Positions 47,150-59,809 of a stretch of 64,000 bases of DNA are shown in pieces (within the stretch, counting starts at the first letter, position 1; every line of letters starts with the position of its first letter). A program made the translations under genes and the position numbers. The stretch lies in the NCBI GenBank assembly GCA_020891255.1, contig BQFW01000012.1, positions 992,001 to 1,056,000 on the forward strand, written 5' to 3'. The notes under the pieces are model-generated. The model made no database searches, was not told the origin of the DNA, and saw only the letters and a list, made by a program, of their open reading frames with translations. This DNA is from Entomortierella parvispora E1425. Its lineage: Eukaryota; Fungi; Mortierellomycota.

Positions 47150-50100
47150 CTAGGTCGTTCGTTTATACGGTCTAAGGCGACTGTGATTAACGGGTCGACC
47201 TCCATAATATCGATGCCATTGTCCATCGATCTTTTCACTCAATCGATAGGCTCCTCCGGGCAAAGCTTCAACAATAACGTAAGGTCCCTTCCATCTGGGT
47301 GAGAGCTTACCGCTCCACTGCTTGAGAAGCGCGGATTGATGTACTAGTACCTCATCTCCAACTTCGTACTGTCGAGGGGGAGGGAGGTCGGCTGCATCGG
47401 TGGACCATTTGTGCTCATTTATGATCCTTTGATGAACCTCCGCGCGTAAAACTCCCAAGATTTCCCGTCTCTCCTCATCCACCTCTTCACGTTCTTCCAA
47501 GTCCATGTTGTGGTTAAGATCGATATCCCAGGGAAGGCGGGCTCGTTGCCCAAAAAGGATCTCGAACGGTGAAACCCCCCGGGTCTGTTTGATCTGGGTC
47601 CTCCAAGTCCAGGTAACACGATCCAGAATGGTAGCCCACGCATTCTCTGGTAATCCATCGTGCTGGATGATACGGGCCATTTGACGCACCATGAAACCAT
47701 TATACCGCTCTACCATTCCGTTGGTCTGTGCATGATATGCAGAAGCTGGATCCAGATCGATCATATGCTTGATACACCATGCTTTGAAGACTCCTGCGGA
47801 CAACGATGATCCATTATCCGTGATGATACGTTTAGGATGGCCATATTGCATCGCCCAATGTTTTTCAACTGTTCGCAAGACTAGGTTTCCAGCCAAGGAT
47901 GACAATGCAACGGACACAACCCATCCGGAGAGATAATCCACCATGTTTAAAACGAATCTCTTTCCATTGGACATTGGCAAAGGTCCGACGGCATCTAGTC
48001 CCACAGTCTCAAAGATAGTTCGAGGCGGAGGTATGCGATGGAAACGATATCGGGTGGGGTCTCGTGCCTGATACCGTTGACATGCATCACAGCTGGATAA
48101 GTGTTCCTTAACGTCCTTGTACATCCCAGGCCAGAAGTATCCCTCGGCGATGAGAGTATAGGTCGAAACTACGCCCAGATGCCCGACGATGGTGGATCCA
48201 TGAGCGCGTTCTAACACCCTAGATACTTCTCCAGGCGGCACGTATTGGCGAGGCATGCCGCCAGGCGTGCGCTTGAATAGACGACCTTGAGCAACAAAAT
48301 ACTTGGGTAGCATGCTCATAATTTTGCCCCTTGAATTTTTTGTCCAAATAGGTCAAAGGATCTCCTTGTAACGCAGCCACAATTGAGACGAATGGCTCTT
48401 GGTCCTCCGAGATGAGCAAAGTGCTCATCAACCTCTTGTTTTCTTGTATCTCAATGGCTTCCTCCACCCCAAGGTCCGGTAGATCCTCCCCAGTGACATT
48501 CTTGTGATGGATGCGAGATAAAGGATCGGAGTCTTTCATGTCCCGCCCGGGTCGATGATGAATGGTAACCCGGTATTGGGCGATGATTAATGTCCACCGA
48601 GTGAGTCGCGCGCTCCTCGAAGAAAGGTTATGCATGTATAACAACGCCCGATGGTCGATGAAGACATGAATCTCCTTCCCTTCTAACAGATGACTGTGCT
48701 TGACGAGGCAATACACTAGTCCTAGCAATTCGCGCTCCGTGGCAAAATAACGAGACTCGGCCCCCGATAATTTCCGGCTTCCAAAAACAATGGGCTGATA
48801 TTTGACGTTGATATCGATCCGATCGTCATCTTCTGGGTTCAGACAATGAGCAACCACATGCCCTGTGGCGAAATCCGACGTGTCAGCGGATATAATAACC
48901 GGTCTCTTATGGTCCATCATAATTAGAACTGGAGCGGTGACCAGAGCAACCTGAATATCGCGGAAGGCTTTCATATATTTGGGATCTGACATCCATTTTT
49001 CCACAAAAGCGTTTGGATCCTTGTGCAATTTGTACAGAGGAAACAATGGGGCAGCCATTGCAGAAAAAGTTGGATATGAAATCACACAAAAATAAAGCAA
49101 AACCAACGAAACCGCGTAGTTCAGTGACATTCTGAGGCACGGGCCAATATTCCATCTTGAATAGCTTCTTGGGGTCCGCAGAGATCCGACTATCTCCTAC
49201 AATCCTTCCCAAGAACTCGCGCTGTTTGACAAAGAACGCCGATTTCTTGCCTGAAAACGAACCGTTGAACATATCCATGCGGGCTAGCACTTCTTCAACG
49301 GTGCGGAAATGGAGATGAAAGGTGCCGTCGCCTGTAGCCATGTCGTCCACGAAATTCCCTAGTCGTTCCTTGATTGTGCTGAAGACCTCGCCCATGTGGC
49401 GAGTATACCATTGCATAGAATCGATCAATCCCATAGGCAATACGTTATACTCGTATAATCCATCCGGAAAGGCGACGGCGGTGAGGAAGCGACTGTCTTC
49501 GGCGATAGGTGATTGAAGATACCCATCTTTGCAATCCCAAAATGACAAAAACTCGCATCCTTGCAACTTGTATATCTCGGTGATGGGATCCGGTAGCGGC
49601 CATGCCATAGGTGCAATCAACTTGTTGACTGGTATGAAATTAACGCATACCCGATAGGAGTTATCCTTCTTTTGTATTAAGAGCGGATTGCAGGAGGCAG
49701 GAGAGCTGGATCGCCTCATCTTTCCAGCCTTGACCATTTGATCGCGATATTCACATAAAGTGGTTATCTGACCCGGTGAATATTTCTTGTTGTACGCACG
49801 CGGAAACTTTGAGCCAGGCTTGAGGTGGAAAGAAGCGGGTGCTTCCAACATATCAGCGTTCAGAGTCCTTGACATCTCGCCCTCCTTTGGAAAGCATTCC
49901 TCATGTTTCTGGAAAATACGTCGAATTTCTGATAAATTATCATGCACCTCCGGTATGTCTCCCACATACACTGATCGTTCCTCCAAACCAGGCAGCAACA
50001 TGACCGGAGTGTTAGTCAACCGGTCTCGGCAACGTGGTGCTTCCAGGTGGAAACCATAGGAGTCATTCACCATGATCGGAGAAGCGTCGAAGATAGAACT

Positions 50101-51850
50101 GATTTCAGCAGATGGTGACGGGTGGGAAGCATCCACAACGGAGAGACATGATACAGGTTGACGACCATCCGGAATAGGGGGTTCTGGGAAAACCGCTTGC
50201 AAAAACCAACAATTGACAATGTCTCCCTTGGCATCGTCCTGCTTGAGTTGTTCCACGGTAGTGCGCTCTACCCTCCCTTCCTGGATGTTTCGAATAAGGA
50301 GGGCGTATCCTTCATCCCCATCTTCTTTTTCGCTGGTGGAGGACGCTTCGTTATCGGTACCTGAATCCTCGGACGTGTCTTCGCTGAGTTCGGCTTCGGA
50401 TTCACTCGTATCGTCTTGGTTGTCAACGCGAGAAACGATCGGAAGGGTGCGGGCGCGACCATCAATTGTGACCTTGAATCCTTGGACATGCAAGGTAGTG
50501 ATAGCAGTAGACCAATTTGTGTATCCGCTGCAAGCCTCGAGAAATGGGCGGCCCAACAAAATATCGAAGTCGACAGAGTCCACAATCACGCAGCCCGCTG
50601 GAATCATGATACCTTGAATGTCGATAGGAACGCCCGGAGCTTCTCCAGCAACTCCAGCGTTTCCAGTCAAACCTTTCAACGAAAATGACGAGTAAGGTGT
50701 GTGGTTGGTTATCCCGATTTGATCGAGAAATCCACGACGGATAACATTGACACAGGAGCCACCATCCAACAAAATCTCGCACTTGGTTCCCATGATGGCA
50801 GCTCTGAATCCATGGGTGTCGGTTTTGGATCGTTCCACTCGGTTCAGAAAAACACGTAGCTCTTCTATTTCGGACTCGCCCAGTAATAACGAGGGATATT
50901 CTTGAGTGAGTAGGACTCGCTCCTCGCGCGGCACAGTTTTCAGCGAGGCTTGTACAGTCCGTCTAATGCTGGGTGACAACTCCATCAGTTGCCCGATGGT
51001 TAAGCCTTCGACTTTGGTGGTTCGTAAGCACTGACGGATGTCAAAAGGTTTCTGCTTCAACTGCAACACGATAGGATTGGGTAACGACTTCAAAAACGCC
51101 TCATCTGACTCGAGGGTAAGATCCGGTCCGTCCGTTTTTTTTTTTCTTTTGCTCCCCTTTTTTGTCGTTCTTGCTGCTCTCTTTTTTCTTTTCGGGCGAG
51201 GGTGGCCGTGACTGGTCTTTTTCCTCCCATGTGATCTTCTTGGCCGATGACGCACGCATGCTCGTTCCATCATCTCTTCCTCCATTCACTTTTCTTGTCT
51301 CCATTACTTTTCGACTTTCCTTCGGCGGCACCATCATCCTTCGTAATCCGCCATCTGAGTCGTCCGCCTCCATCTCATCTCGCCCATCTCTCTCAATTCC
51401 CTTCGTTGCCTTGATTGCATCTTGTGCAGCGATGGTTCGTTCGAGCCGGGCCAAGTTTTCCGCAGCAGATGGACCTTCAATGGAACTTGGGACACTCTCC
51501 TTGGGCTTGATGGGAATCTCCACTGCGGTCATCATCTCTCGTCGAGGAGGAGGATCGACATCCATCGAGCGAGCCTTGGCCGCAGCATGTTGGAGGGCTT
51601 TGACATGCGACATGGCAGATGGGCCAACACGTGTAGTCATGGCAGGTGGTCTTTTCAGGACTTGGGTGGCAGCGTTGGGGCGAGGCACTCCTCGAGGCGG
51701 CGGCGCTTTTGCATACGGTAACGAGCTGGTAGGGTTGCGGGTAGTGGGACGAGTAGCAACCAGTACGCTTACTTCTTCTGTGTTTTCTCCATGGATAGGG
51801 TCAGGGGGTTCATGGTTTGGAGTCTCTCCATGGTCCCCTTCTAAAAATCC
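47150..51850 (-). CDS. pol: Pol of B2 (spacer-PR-RT-RH-IN), broken only by +1 homopolymer indels
   Basis: LLDGGS protease, FVDD RT, RH and IN with GPY. Indels near 51130, 49070 and 48340; B1 is in frame at the last two. Confidence 0.88.
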
Positions 51851-53374
51851 ACTTCGACTTCAACAAATCCGAAGAAATAACAGCGAACGTCGAAATCCTC
51901 AACTCCAGCGCCTTCATCGATCCTGGCTTCGACCAACAAAGTTTGAGGTGTCTTCTGCGCGGGGCAATCTCGGGCTATATGTCCCAACTGTTGGCAATTG
52001 TAACACTGTCTCTCAGACATGGGGTTCTTCTCGCCTGAGTACCGAGTGGTGGGCGGTCCAGCCGGTCTAGGAGTAACTCGATTACTCTTACTGATGAGGA
52101 TTTTCAGGCGGTCCAGCTCCTGAGTGACAGCTTCGATGTCGTCCTTGGAAGCTAAATTCTTCTGAGTCGAGTTGTTTTTGGCAGAGGTAAAGGATTTGGT
52201 GTCGCGTTTCACGGACGGGGAGCCGACGGCCTTTGATTCAGATTTGCCACGGTCATCTAACGGGTCCTTCTTCTTTTGCTTGTCCTTAGCAGTCGGGTTC
52301 TTGTCATCGTCATCATCGCTGGACTCGCTTTCATCATCGGTATCGTCCGTTTCCTCGTTATGTCGTACCAGATACAACTCGTACATCTTGCGAGAGCATT
52401 TATGGGCCTCCTCCATCATATCCTCAAGCTTGTTCTGGTGATGGACCTCCTTGGCAATGTCAGGAAGGAACAAGTTCTTGAGATAAGCCTTGCGTACGCC
52501 TGCTTCATCATACACACCAAGTCCTTGTCGAGTAGCCTGTTGATATTGTTCGTTTAGGATCCTAAAACGGATGTTGAAGGCCTGGACCGACTCTTTTCTT
52601 TGTCTGCTTGCACTTGTCCAACTGCGCCAAGGATCCTGAGAGCAACTGATCACGAACGGACATGAAGGTATTGCGGAAATCCTCGTAGAGGCCTTCGGGG
52701 CGAACCTCCCGGTTATTTTCGAGAAAGTATACAAACCATGCCTGTGTTTCGTCTGTTCCCATGGATGCTCCAAACGATTCGATGGTACGAGAGGCGGCCG
52801 TATGTGGGTTCATGTTGGTAAATTGCGTTCCAGCCCACAATTGGTACTGATGCAGCCATACCTCTGCTTTATGTTTCTTAGGATTGAACTTTCCAGCCGA
52901 ACATACACGAGGTTCTTTCTTGCCATGGAAGTCGTTGGGAGGCGTCCGATACTGATCATGAGGGCGTTCGTCACGTGACCAAGGGCGTTCGAGTCGTTCT
53001 CGACTCCTTCCGTCGGCAAAGTTAGAGGGCCTGTAAGGGGTCGAGAAATGGCTGGTCGGCTGAGTCGTCGGTAACGAGGGAGTGGATTCAGGGATTGGTC
53101 CTGGATCGGCAGTTTGGGCGTACTCGGGATGGCGATTAGCGGCTGCCAATTCCGTACGCTTCAGCACGTTCAACAGCATGCTCTCCATCCTGCTAAGGGT
53201 GCTTTCCATCAGCCATTTCTCTCTGTCCGTGGCTACAAACATTTCAGGTGTGTTTTTGAGGTGACCTGGGATCTCTCCTTCTAGACGCATATCCGGCACA
53301 CTACTCTCCATGCTGCTAGTGGATGCGGCTGGGGACCGGTCCGCGGAGATACTATCGGAGCTGCGCGGAGACAT
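51841..53374 (-). CDS. gag: Gag of B2 (one +1 indel near 52600)
   Basis: ATG at 53374, AGKFNP...WLHQY capsid-like region and CYNCQQLGHIARDC knuckle; ends G GAT TTT TAG. Confidence 0.87.
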
Positions 53375-53460
53375 GTTGGAATCCAATGAAGACTGGTTTC
53401 AAGTTGATATCGGAAAGAAGAAGAGTTTCTCTTTAATCTCAGACGGGAGGGCTTGTAATT

Positions 53461-53477
53461 GCCCAGGTTCTCCACCA
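53461..53477 (-). promoter_or_regulatory. PBS of family B, tRNA-Ala type, displaced 13 nt from the LTR
   Basis: TGGTGGAGAACCTGGG implies a tRNA 3' end ...CCCAGGUUCUCCACCA with U70 (Ala G3:U70 identity). Same sequence in B1 at about 13256-13272. Confidence 0.72.
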
Positions 53478-53490
53478 AATTGGCTTCGGG

Positions 53491-54526
53491 TGTGATGTTG
53501 TCTAAAGTAAGTATAGTCTAACGTCAGCAAAGGCTGGAGATGAAAATGATAACGAAAAGAATAATAACGAACAAAGCTCGCTGCTTACATATGATAGGGA
53601 CTTTGCTCTCTGTGCCACAAGGATCAAGCACAGCACTGCTATATGATCAGATACAATCTCGAGAGAATGAACTGGATAGACAGGAGGAGGAGAATGAGCA
53701 ACAGGATCACGATATAAGCAGGAACGAAACTGAAAGGAGACTAATAAGGACATACCAATGAGCTAAGCACGTCCTAATGGTAACCAAACAGGAGAATAAA
53801 CAACTACGGAGGCGAACACTAGGTACTATACTAACTAATAACAACAACAAGGGAGGATTGAAGGGATCTAATCAGTAAGAGCAAGGCTAGAAGTATTCTA
53901 TCCAGGGAAAGGGGACAAGGCCGCCTAACTGAGGGTTCAGGAGGGACTCGAGGGAAGGCGACGAGAAGATAAGGGAGGTTCCCAAGCACCAGTTAAGGTC
54001 TCAGGGTGCCCAAGCGCCAGTTAAGGCCTCAGGGTGGGATGCCAAGATCGTACAAGTCCACTCAAAAGAGACAAGACATTGTTGGTACCTCGTAAGTGAG
54101 CAAGGACACGGAGAACTGGTTGGCCGAGGTTCTTGACGGGACTTGTCGAGGACGGGGAAGATCGTAACTTGTGAGTGTACAAGGTCGATCAACAGAACGT
54201 AATAGGTCTGTGATATCCAAAGGTAAGGGGAGGAGGTTTAGACTAGCTACTAATAGTCTCAGCAATCGGAATTAAGGCGTCGAGCTTGCTGCTGCTGCAA
54301 AGGGGATATCGGGCAGGAAGGGGGGGATGTGTGTTTGTGTTCTGAAGGGTTCAACAAAAGTGTACTGGCAGGAATCGTAAAGGAAAAAGGCAACCAGGAG
54401 CAAAATGGATTTTGCTCCCTTCTTTATAGAAAAAAAAACTGAAACTAAACAAAATAATAAATGCTACTGAAAATATATCTCTACTCCGATGGATGTGGAC
54501 CGGGACTCCACATCTACTACACCACA
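53491..54526 (-). repeat. 5' LTR of B2
   Basis: Full B LTR, 1036 bp. Confidence 0.95.
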
Positions 54527-54530
54527 CTGG

Positions 54531-57223
54531 TCGATCCTGTGAGTCCTTGTTCCTTTGACACTTCTCGCAGGTTGCTACATACTGCTGGGTATCCTTGGCG
54601 ATGTGGGGCCAATATACGAAACGGCGCAGGTTGTCGTAAGTCTTTTGAAAACCAAAGTGTCCAGCAGTGGCAGAGTCGTGAGCGTCGTGCAAGAGAGTGA
54701 GGCGGATCGGGGAGTGCCGAGGGATGGCCAGGGTGGTTGCTCCACGTCGGGTAAAGTAGAGGAGGTTGTTCTGGAATGAATATCCATTGGCAACCTTCCC
54801 ATCCAGGCAATCCTTGTAGATGGGTCCAAGTCGAGGATCGTCGTTGTAGTCCTGGACAAGCTGGTCACGGACGTCCGGGGACAGGGAGACGCTGAGGTTG
54901 TATAGCTCAACAGGGTCAGGCTCGCGGTAGTCCGGTCGTCGGGAGAGAGCGTCTGGGACGATGTTGTCAACTCCTCGCTTGTACTTGAAGTCAAAGTCGT
55001 ATTCCTGAAGCAACTCCATCCAGCGAGCCTGTCGACGAGTGAGTTTGGGCTGTGTGGGGAAGTGGCGGAGGGTGGCGTGGTCGGTGTGGACGCTGAACTT
55101 GGTTCCATCGAGGTAGTAGCGCCAAGTGCGGAGCGCATGGATGACAGCCAACAGTTCCTGCTCATGGACAGGGTAGTTCCGCTCAGCTGACTGCATTTTT
55201 CCTGGAAGTGAATGCGATGGGATGGGTATTCCCTTCCCGGTCAGTCTGCAGCAGCACTGCACCGATGGCGAAACCGGATGCATCTGTTTCGACAAAGGTG
55301 AGAGATCAGGGTCGAAGATGCGGAGGACGGGGGCGGAGCAGATGGCGCGTTTGAGCTGAAGGAATGCAGATTGTTGTTCGTCGGTCCATTTGAAGGGAGT
55401 GTTGTTGGCGAGGAGGGAAGAGAGAGGGAGGGCAATCCCTGCAAAGCCCGATACGTACTGTTGATAAAATTGCGCAAGCCCCAAAAATTGCTGGACGTCC
55501 TTTGTGCTCTTGGGGGTGGGCCAGTCACTGATGGCTTTGCTGAGCCCGGCCGATGTTTTGATCCCGTCCTTCGTGATGGTGTGGCCCAAAAATTCAGTTT
55601 CGTCTTGCATGAAGGAGCACTTGCTCAATTTCGCGTACAGACCGTTCTTGCGGAGGAGAGCCAGGACGCTTCGGAGATGCTGCAGGTGTTCTTTCTTTGT
55701 CTTGGAGTAGATCAACAGATCGTCGAGATACACGACAACCCATTTGTCCAAGACTGGATCGAGCACTCGCAACATCATATTGGAGAACGAAGCAGGAGCG
55801 TTAGTAAGGCCAAAGGGAACAACATTGAACTCAAAGTGACCATAGCGACAACGGAAGGCAGTCTTGTGTGTGTGTGGTTCAAAGATACGCTGCTGATGAT
55901 AACCGGATAACAAGTCCAACTTGGAGTAATAGCGTGCTCCACGGAAGCGGTCAAGTAGCTCGTCGATACGGGGCAGCGGGTGTCTGTTCTTCCTGGTGAT
56001 CTTGTTGAGGCCACGGTAGTCGACGCACATTCGGAGTGTGCCGTCCTTCTTCCGCACAAAGAGCACGGGGGCGCCATAGGGAGAGGTACTGGGTTTGATA
56101 AAACCTGCTGCTAGCAATTGGTCCAGTTGTTTGCGAAGTTCGTCAAGCTCGGCGATTGAAAGTCTAATGACAGGGCGGAAGGGTGGGTCGGCTGTCGGGT
56201 CGGTCTCGATCTTCATAGCATCACCACGGTCTGGGGGCAGGCCGTCCGGGAGTTTCTCCGGAAAGACATCAGCGAACTCTTCCATGACAATGGACCGCAC
56301 CTCTGGGGGTCATATCGGGAATTGTACGCGGTTGGTCAGTTTCTTCAGAGGGCTCTGGGGTGTTGCGAATAAGGGCCAGGAACACCTCCGAGCCGGGCAG
56401 GGTTGCCATGGAATGAAAGTGCATGTGTGTGAGGAGGAGTCCTTTGGTGCGGCTTTGGATGTGATCGGCCTTGAAGCCGCGGCAGCTCCATTTGACATCG
56501 ATTCCATTGTGAGTGAAATGAAGATCGTTGGTGCGCCAATTGATGCAAGGGTTAACTTTGGTGAGCCAGGGTTTGCCAAGGATGAGGTCGTATTTGTTGA
56601 GAGGATAGAGAATAGGGTTGAGCGAATCGGAGTAGTCGCTGCGGTTGAGGGTGATGGGGACGGTGTGTGATGTGAGGGAGGAAGAGCCATTGGGGAGGAG
56701 GATGGGGATGGGCAAGCATTCAGTGCGGAGGAGCTGGTGTCGCTTTTGAAAAGACGAACTGATAATATTACCTTCTGCACCACCATCAATCAGGATTCTG
56801 GCAGCGTGGCCATTGACAGAACCGATGAAAGTGAGCAGTTGGCTCTCTGCCTTTTGGACAGTGAATTCGTGTAGGCGAATCGCACGACGCTTCAACTTCT
56901 TCAACTGACTTTTTGGACAGAGGTACACTAGGTGCCGGCGGTACAGCGAGAGGGTCCGGTTCATCTGTATCGGAGGATCTAGGTAGAGGAGCGGACAGGG
57001 CAACTGGAGCGGGCGAGGCAACAGGTTTTTTGGTTTGGTTTTGGTTTCGGTCCGATAGAACAACCAGAGCATCGTGGATGTGAGTTCGCTTGTCATGATT
57101 GGAGTCATGTTTCTGAGGTGTAGAATCAAGTGAAGTTTTATTTGAGGTACTTAGCTCAGGGTTGTTGGCTACAGTTTCGACAACTGGGGTCCGGACCGAC
57201 CCTAGTTGCCGGAGGCTTTTCCC
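54531..57223 (-). pseudogene. pol: PR-RT-RH of A3
   Basis: Near-identical to A1/A2; truncated by the B2 insertion at DSQDRP|AGLLQP. Confidence 0.92.
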
Positions 57224-58122
57224 GAATCAGGGGATTCACCCGCGGTTACTTGATTAATTCCTCGGCTGCCGTTGCCGTACTTAGGGCAATTGGGACTGAT
57301 GTGACCCAATTCGCGGCAGCGGAAGCAGCCACCGTTACGTACAAGGTACTCTCGGTCGGCGGCGGTCAGGGGTGCGGGGCGATCTCGAGAAGGGTTGTTA
57401 GTACCGTTGGTGGGGCGGTTCTGTAAGGAGCGGTGAAGGGTGCCGAGTTGCTTATGGATATTGTTGAGTTGGATATGAATATTGTCCACTTCCATTGCGT
57501 TGGGGTCGGTGATACCAGCAGAGGATCCCGAGGCAGCCAGTGCTTTGGCACCGAGTGATGGGTCTCCAGTGTGGAAGATACGACCGAACTCCTCCGCGGC
57601 CTTGAAGAGTCTGGGCAGATCTATGGTGTCGTTGCCTGCATTAACAATGGCCACTTCCAGCATCTGGCGAAGCTGAGTAGGTGCACCACTGAGAAAGGCA
57701 GTACGGATAGTATCGTTGAGAACTGCGTTGTCGGCGTAGTAAGACTGGAGGAGCAGGTGGTATTCACGGGCTTTGGTAATATAGGCCATGACGTTGGAGA
57801 TGTTCAATGGTAGTGTCATTTTCATTTGCATTGTGAGGGCGAGAATGTGCTCCTTAAACTTCGCAGGACTGAACTCGGTGGCAAGGAGCTCGCTGAAATC
57901 CGGGAATGAGGTGTCGGATGGCTTGTTTAAGAGTGCCCACCAGCCGATAACCTCATCGCCGGCAAAGGCAAGGGTAACCCCGACCTTGCGAGATTCGGCA
58001 ATTCCAGCGCCATCGAAGAAAAAGGTCATGCGTTTCAGAAAACCGAGAACAGAGAATCCGTCGCGCTTGCCGTTGAACGGTGTTGGATGAGGGAATTTGA
58101 ATGACGGTGTCGCGGGGTCCAT
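57202..58122 (-). CDS. gag: Gag of A3
   Basis: Protein identical to A1/A2 gag. Confidence 0.92.
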   Translation of the reverse strand: MDPATPSFKFPHPTPFNGKRDGFSVLGFLKRMTFFFDGAGIAESRKVGVTLAFAGDEVIGWWALLNKPSDTSFPDFSELLATEFSPAKFKEHILALTMQMKMTLPLNISNVMAYITKAREYHLLLQSYYADNAVLNDTIRTAFLSGAPTQLRQMLEVAIVNAGNDTIDLPRLFKAAEEFGRIFHTGDPSLGAKALAASGSSAGITDPNAMEVDNIHIQLNNIHKQLGTLHRSLQNRPTNGTNNPSRDRPAPLTAADREYLVRNGGCFRCRELGHISPNCPKYGNGSRGINQVTAGESPDSGKASGN

Positions 58123-58356
58123 GTTGGGTGAATTGTCGAGGGAGAGTTGATCGAAGAGGGATACGAGGGGGTCCAGGGTGTAAGTGTGTCGGAGGGTCAG
58201 TGGGTCAGTGAGGTCAGTGGATCGAAAACCTTTGCTACCATGCAATAGGAGTATCGAGGGTGGAGTGGAGACAAGAAGTGAGTTTTATTATATTGCAAGT
58301 TTCTAGCTTTTGTAGGTACACATCGCGTGATGTCACCGTATTCCTGTTACAGCAGG

Positions 58357-58913
58357 ATACTGTGAATGATGGTGGCATGGGTAATGGCCTCGTCTAGAGT
58401 CTTCGGTTGAAGCAGTCGAACCTGGGTGCTGGTCGCGGGATCAAGTCCCCGAAGGAACTCGAAAAGGATTGTGCCATCGTCAATCTTGGGAATCAACCGA
58501 GTACAAGAGCGGAACTCGCTGGTGTAAGTGGCTACAGATTGTTTGCCCTGGGTGACAGTAGTGAGTTTTCGTCGGGCAGCGTGGATGGCGTCAGGGGGCG
58601 TGAATCGTTTTTCAAACTTGTCGCGGAACGTGTCCCAATTTGTTGCTAGGGTGAGACCAGAGACGCGTCACCACGAGCGGGCCTCGAGGATGAGGGCGAG
58701 GACGGTAAATTTTACCCACTGGCTTTTGTCCAGGAAATTGAGGCAAAGGTCGGCGTCGATTTTGCCAGTGTATGGTTCGGGTTTCTGGGGTTTGAGAACA
58801 GCAGCGAGTGTTCGTGCACGATCGTTCGTGGCCGCGGCGTCTTCTGCTGTCTCGGGTGGTCTGATGGTATTATCGGTAGAGCCAGAGTTATTGGCATCAT
58901 CTTCTCCGGCCAT
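58357..58913 (-). pseudogene. gag: Gag N-terminus of H
   Basis: LKPQKPEPYTGKIDA capsid-like motif downstream of the PBS; frameshifted. Confidence 0.8.
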
Positions 58914-59273
58914 GGTGTTATCGCTGGAGTCTTGGGGAGGTCAGGAATTCAAAGTATCGTAGGATCGTGGAATGCAGTGTGATCAGGTGGAGTCTGAGAG
59001 GTTCGAGGGTCTTGTCTGTGGCGGTGGAATCGGAGGGGTCCAGGATCGAGGAAACCTTTGCTACCAATGCAATAGTAAAGGCCAAGGGAAGAGCACGAAG
59101 ATTGAATGATGTTTATTGATATGAAGTCCGGGGTATTTATACTAAAGGTTGTGGTGGTGGCAATGGTGGCAATGGTGGTAGTGGTTGTAGTTGACCCCTT
59201 GTGGCTTTGCTGTGAGTGAAGGCGCTGCACGGTCAGTCTGATTTGACTGTTGCACGAGGTCTATTTGTTTGCA

Positions 59274-59764
59274 TTGGAGTTGTTGAAGGGAATGGCGTAG
59301 GCACCGGTGGTTTCAACTGATGGAGTCGTGGCGGCTGGCGTGGGCGACGACATGGGCGTCTCGCTTCGACCTTTCAACTGTATGTCCACTGGCTCTCGAG
59401 GACAGAACTCCTTCCAATGATGGTGTGCCAAGTCCATGTCTCGACCTAACATCTTGAGCTTGCGGATAGTGGCCTCGATCTGAGCATCGCAGTCGTTGAT
59501 GATCCTGTCTCTTTCCGCAGGATCCAAATTTGCATCCTGGTCAAGTTCTTTGGTCTTATCTCGGAGGGCGTTCTTTTGCTTTAAATAGTATACCAGCAGT
59601 TCGTTCCGCTCCAGCGTGACCTTATCCAGCTCTGCCTTCATTATGTCAGCCATAGAATGAACTTCTGTTGAGATAGAAGCGGCAGCATCATACTCCTGCA
59701 TAGGAACGTCTTCGGACAGAGGCGCTGGTGGGCGCTCTGGACTTGCATCGACCTCGGCACTCAT
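59274..59764 (-). pseudogene. N-terminus of the gag-like ORF of element I
   Basis: First ATG ORF about 460 nt (excluding the solo B LTR) after the 61273-61484 LTR; coiled-coil-like. Assigned by position only. Confidence 0.65.
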
Positions 59765-59809
59765 AAGGTAGCACTATTGATGCGAATGAATACAAAAGGA
59801 GCGTTACGC

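Larger units (their letters stand above)
35437..54526 (-). mobile_element. Ty3/Gypsy element B2, full length; 3' LTR interrupted by the MULE
   Basis: LTRs at 35437-47066 (split) and 53491-54526; TSD CTGG at 35433-35436 and 54527-54530. Confidence 0.96.
34191..58351 (-). mobile_element. Chromovirus A3, interrupted by B2
   Basis: LTRs at 34191-34301 and 58241-58351; TSD GCAGG at 34186-34190 and 58352-58356; inserted in H gag. Confidence 0.96.
24857..59273 (-). mobile_element. Chromovirus H (206-bp LTRs) expanded to 34.4 kb by nested A2, A3, B2 and the MULE
   Basis: LTRs at 24857-25062 and 59068-59273; TSD TTGGA at 24852-24856 and 59274-59278; PPT GAGGGGAAGGA; PBS TGGTAGCAAAGG at 59055-59066. 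Confidence 0.96.

Noticed and set aside
51130-51150. A11C run in B2 as a second programmed -1 frameshift
   Set aside because: The downstream ORF is in the +1 frame; an extra A in a homopolymer (error or mutation) explains it better.
53461-53477. tRNA genes at the PBS sequences
   Set aside because: Only 12-17 nt of 3'-end complement are present, with no cloverleaf.
53478-53490. Self-priming of B via the 13-nt spacer
   Set aside because: I found no complement of CCCGAAGCC in the B LTR by eye, and a tRNA-like PBS is present.
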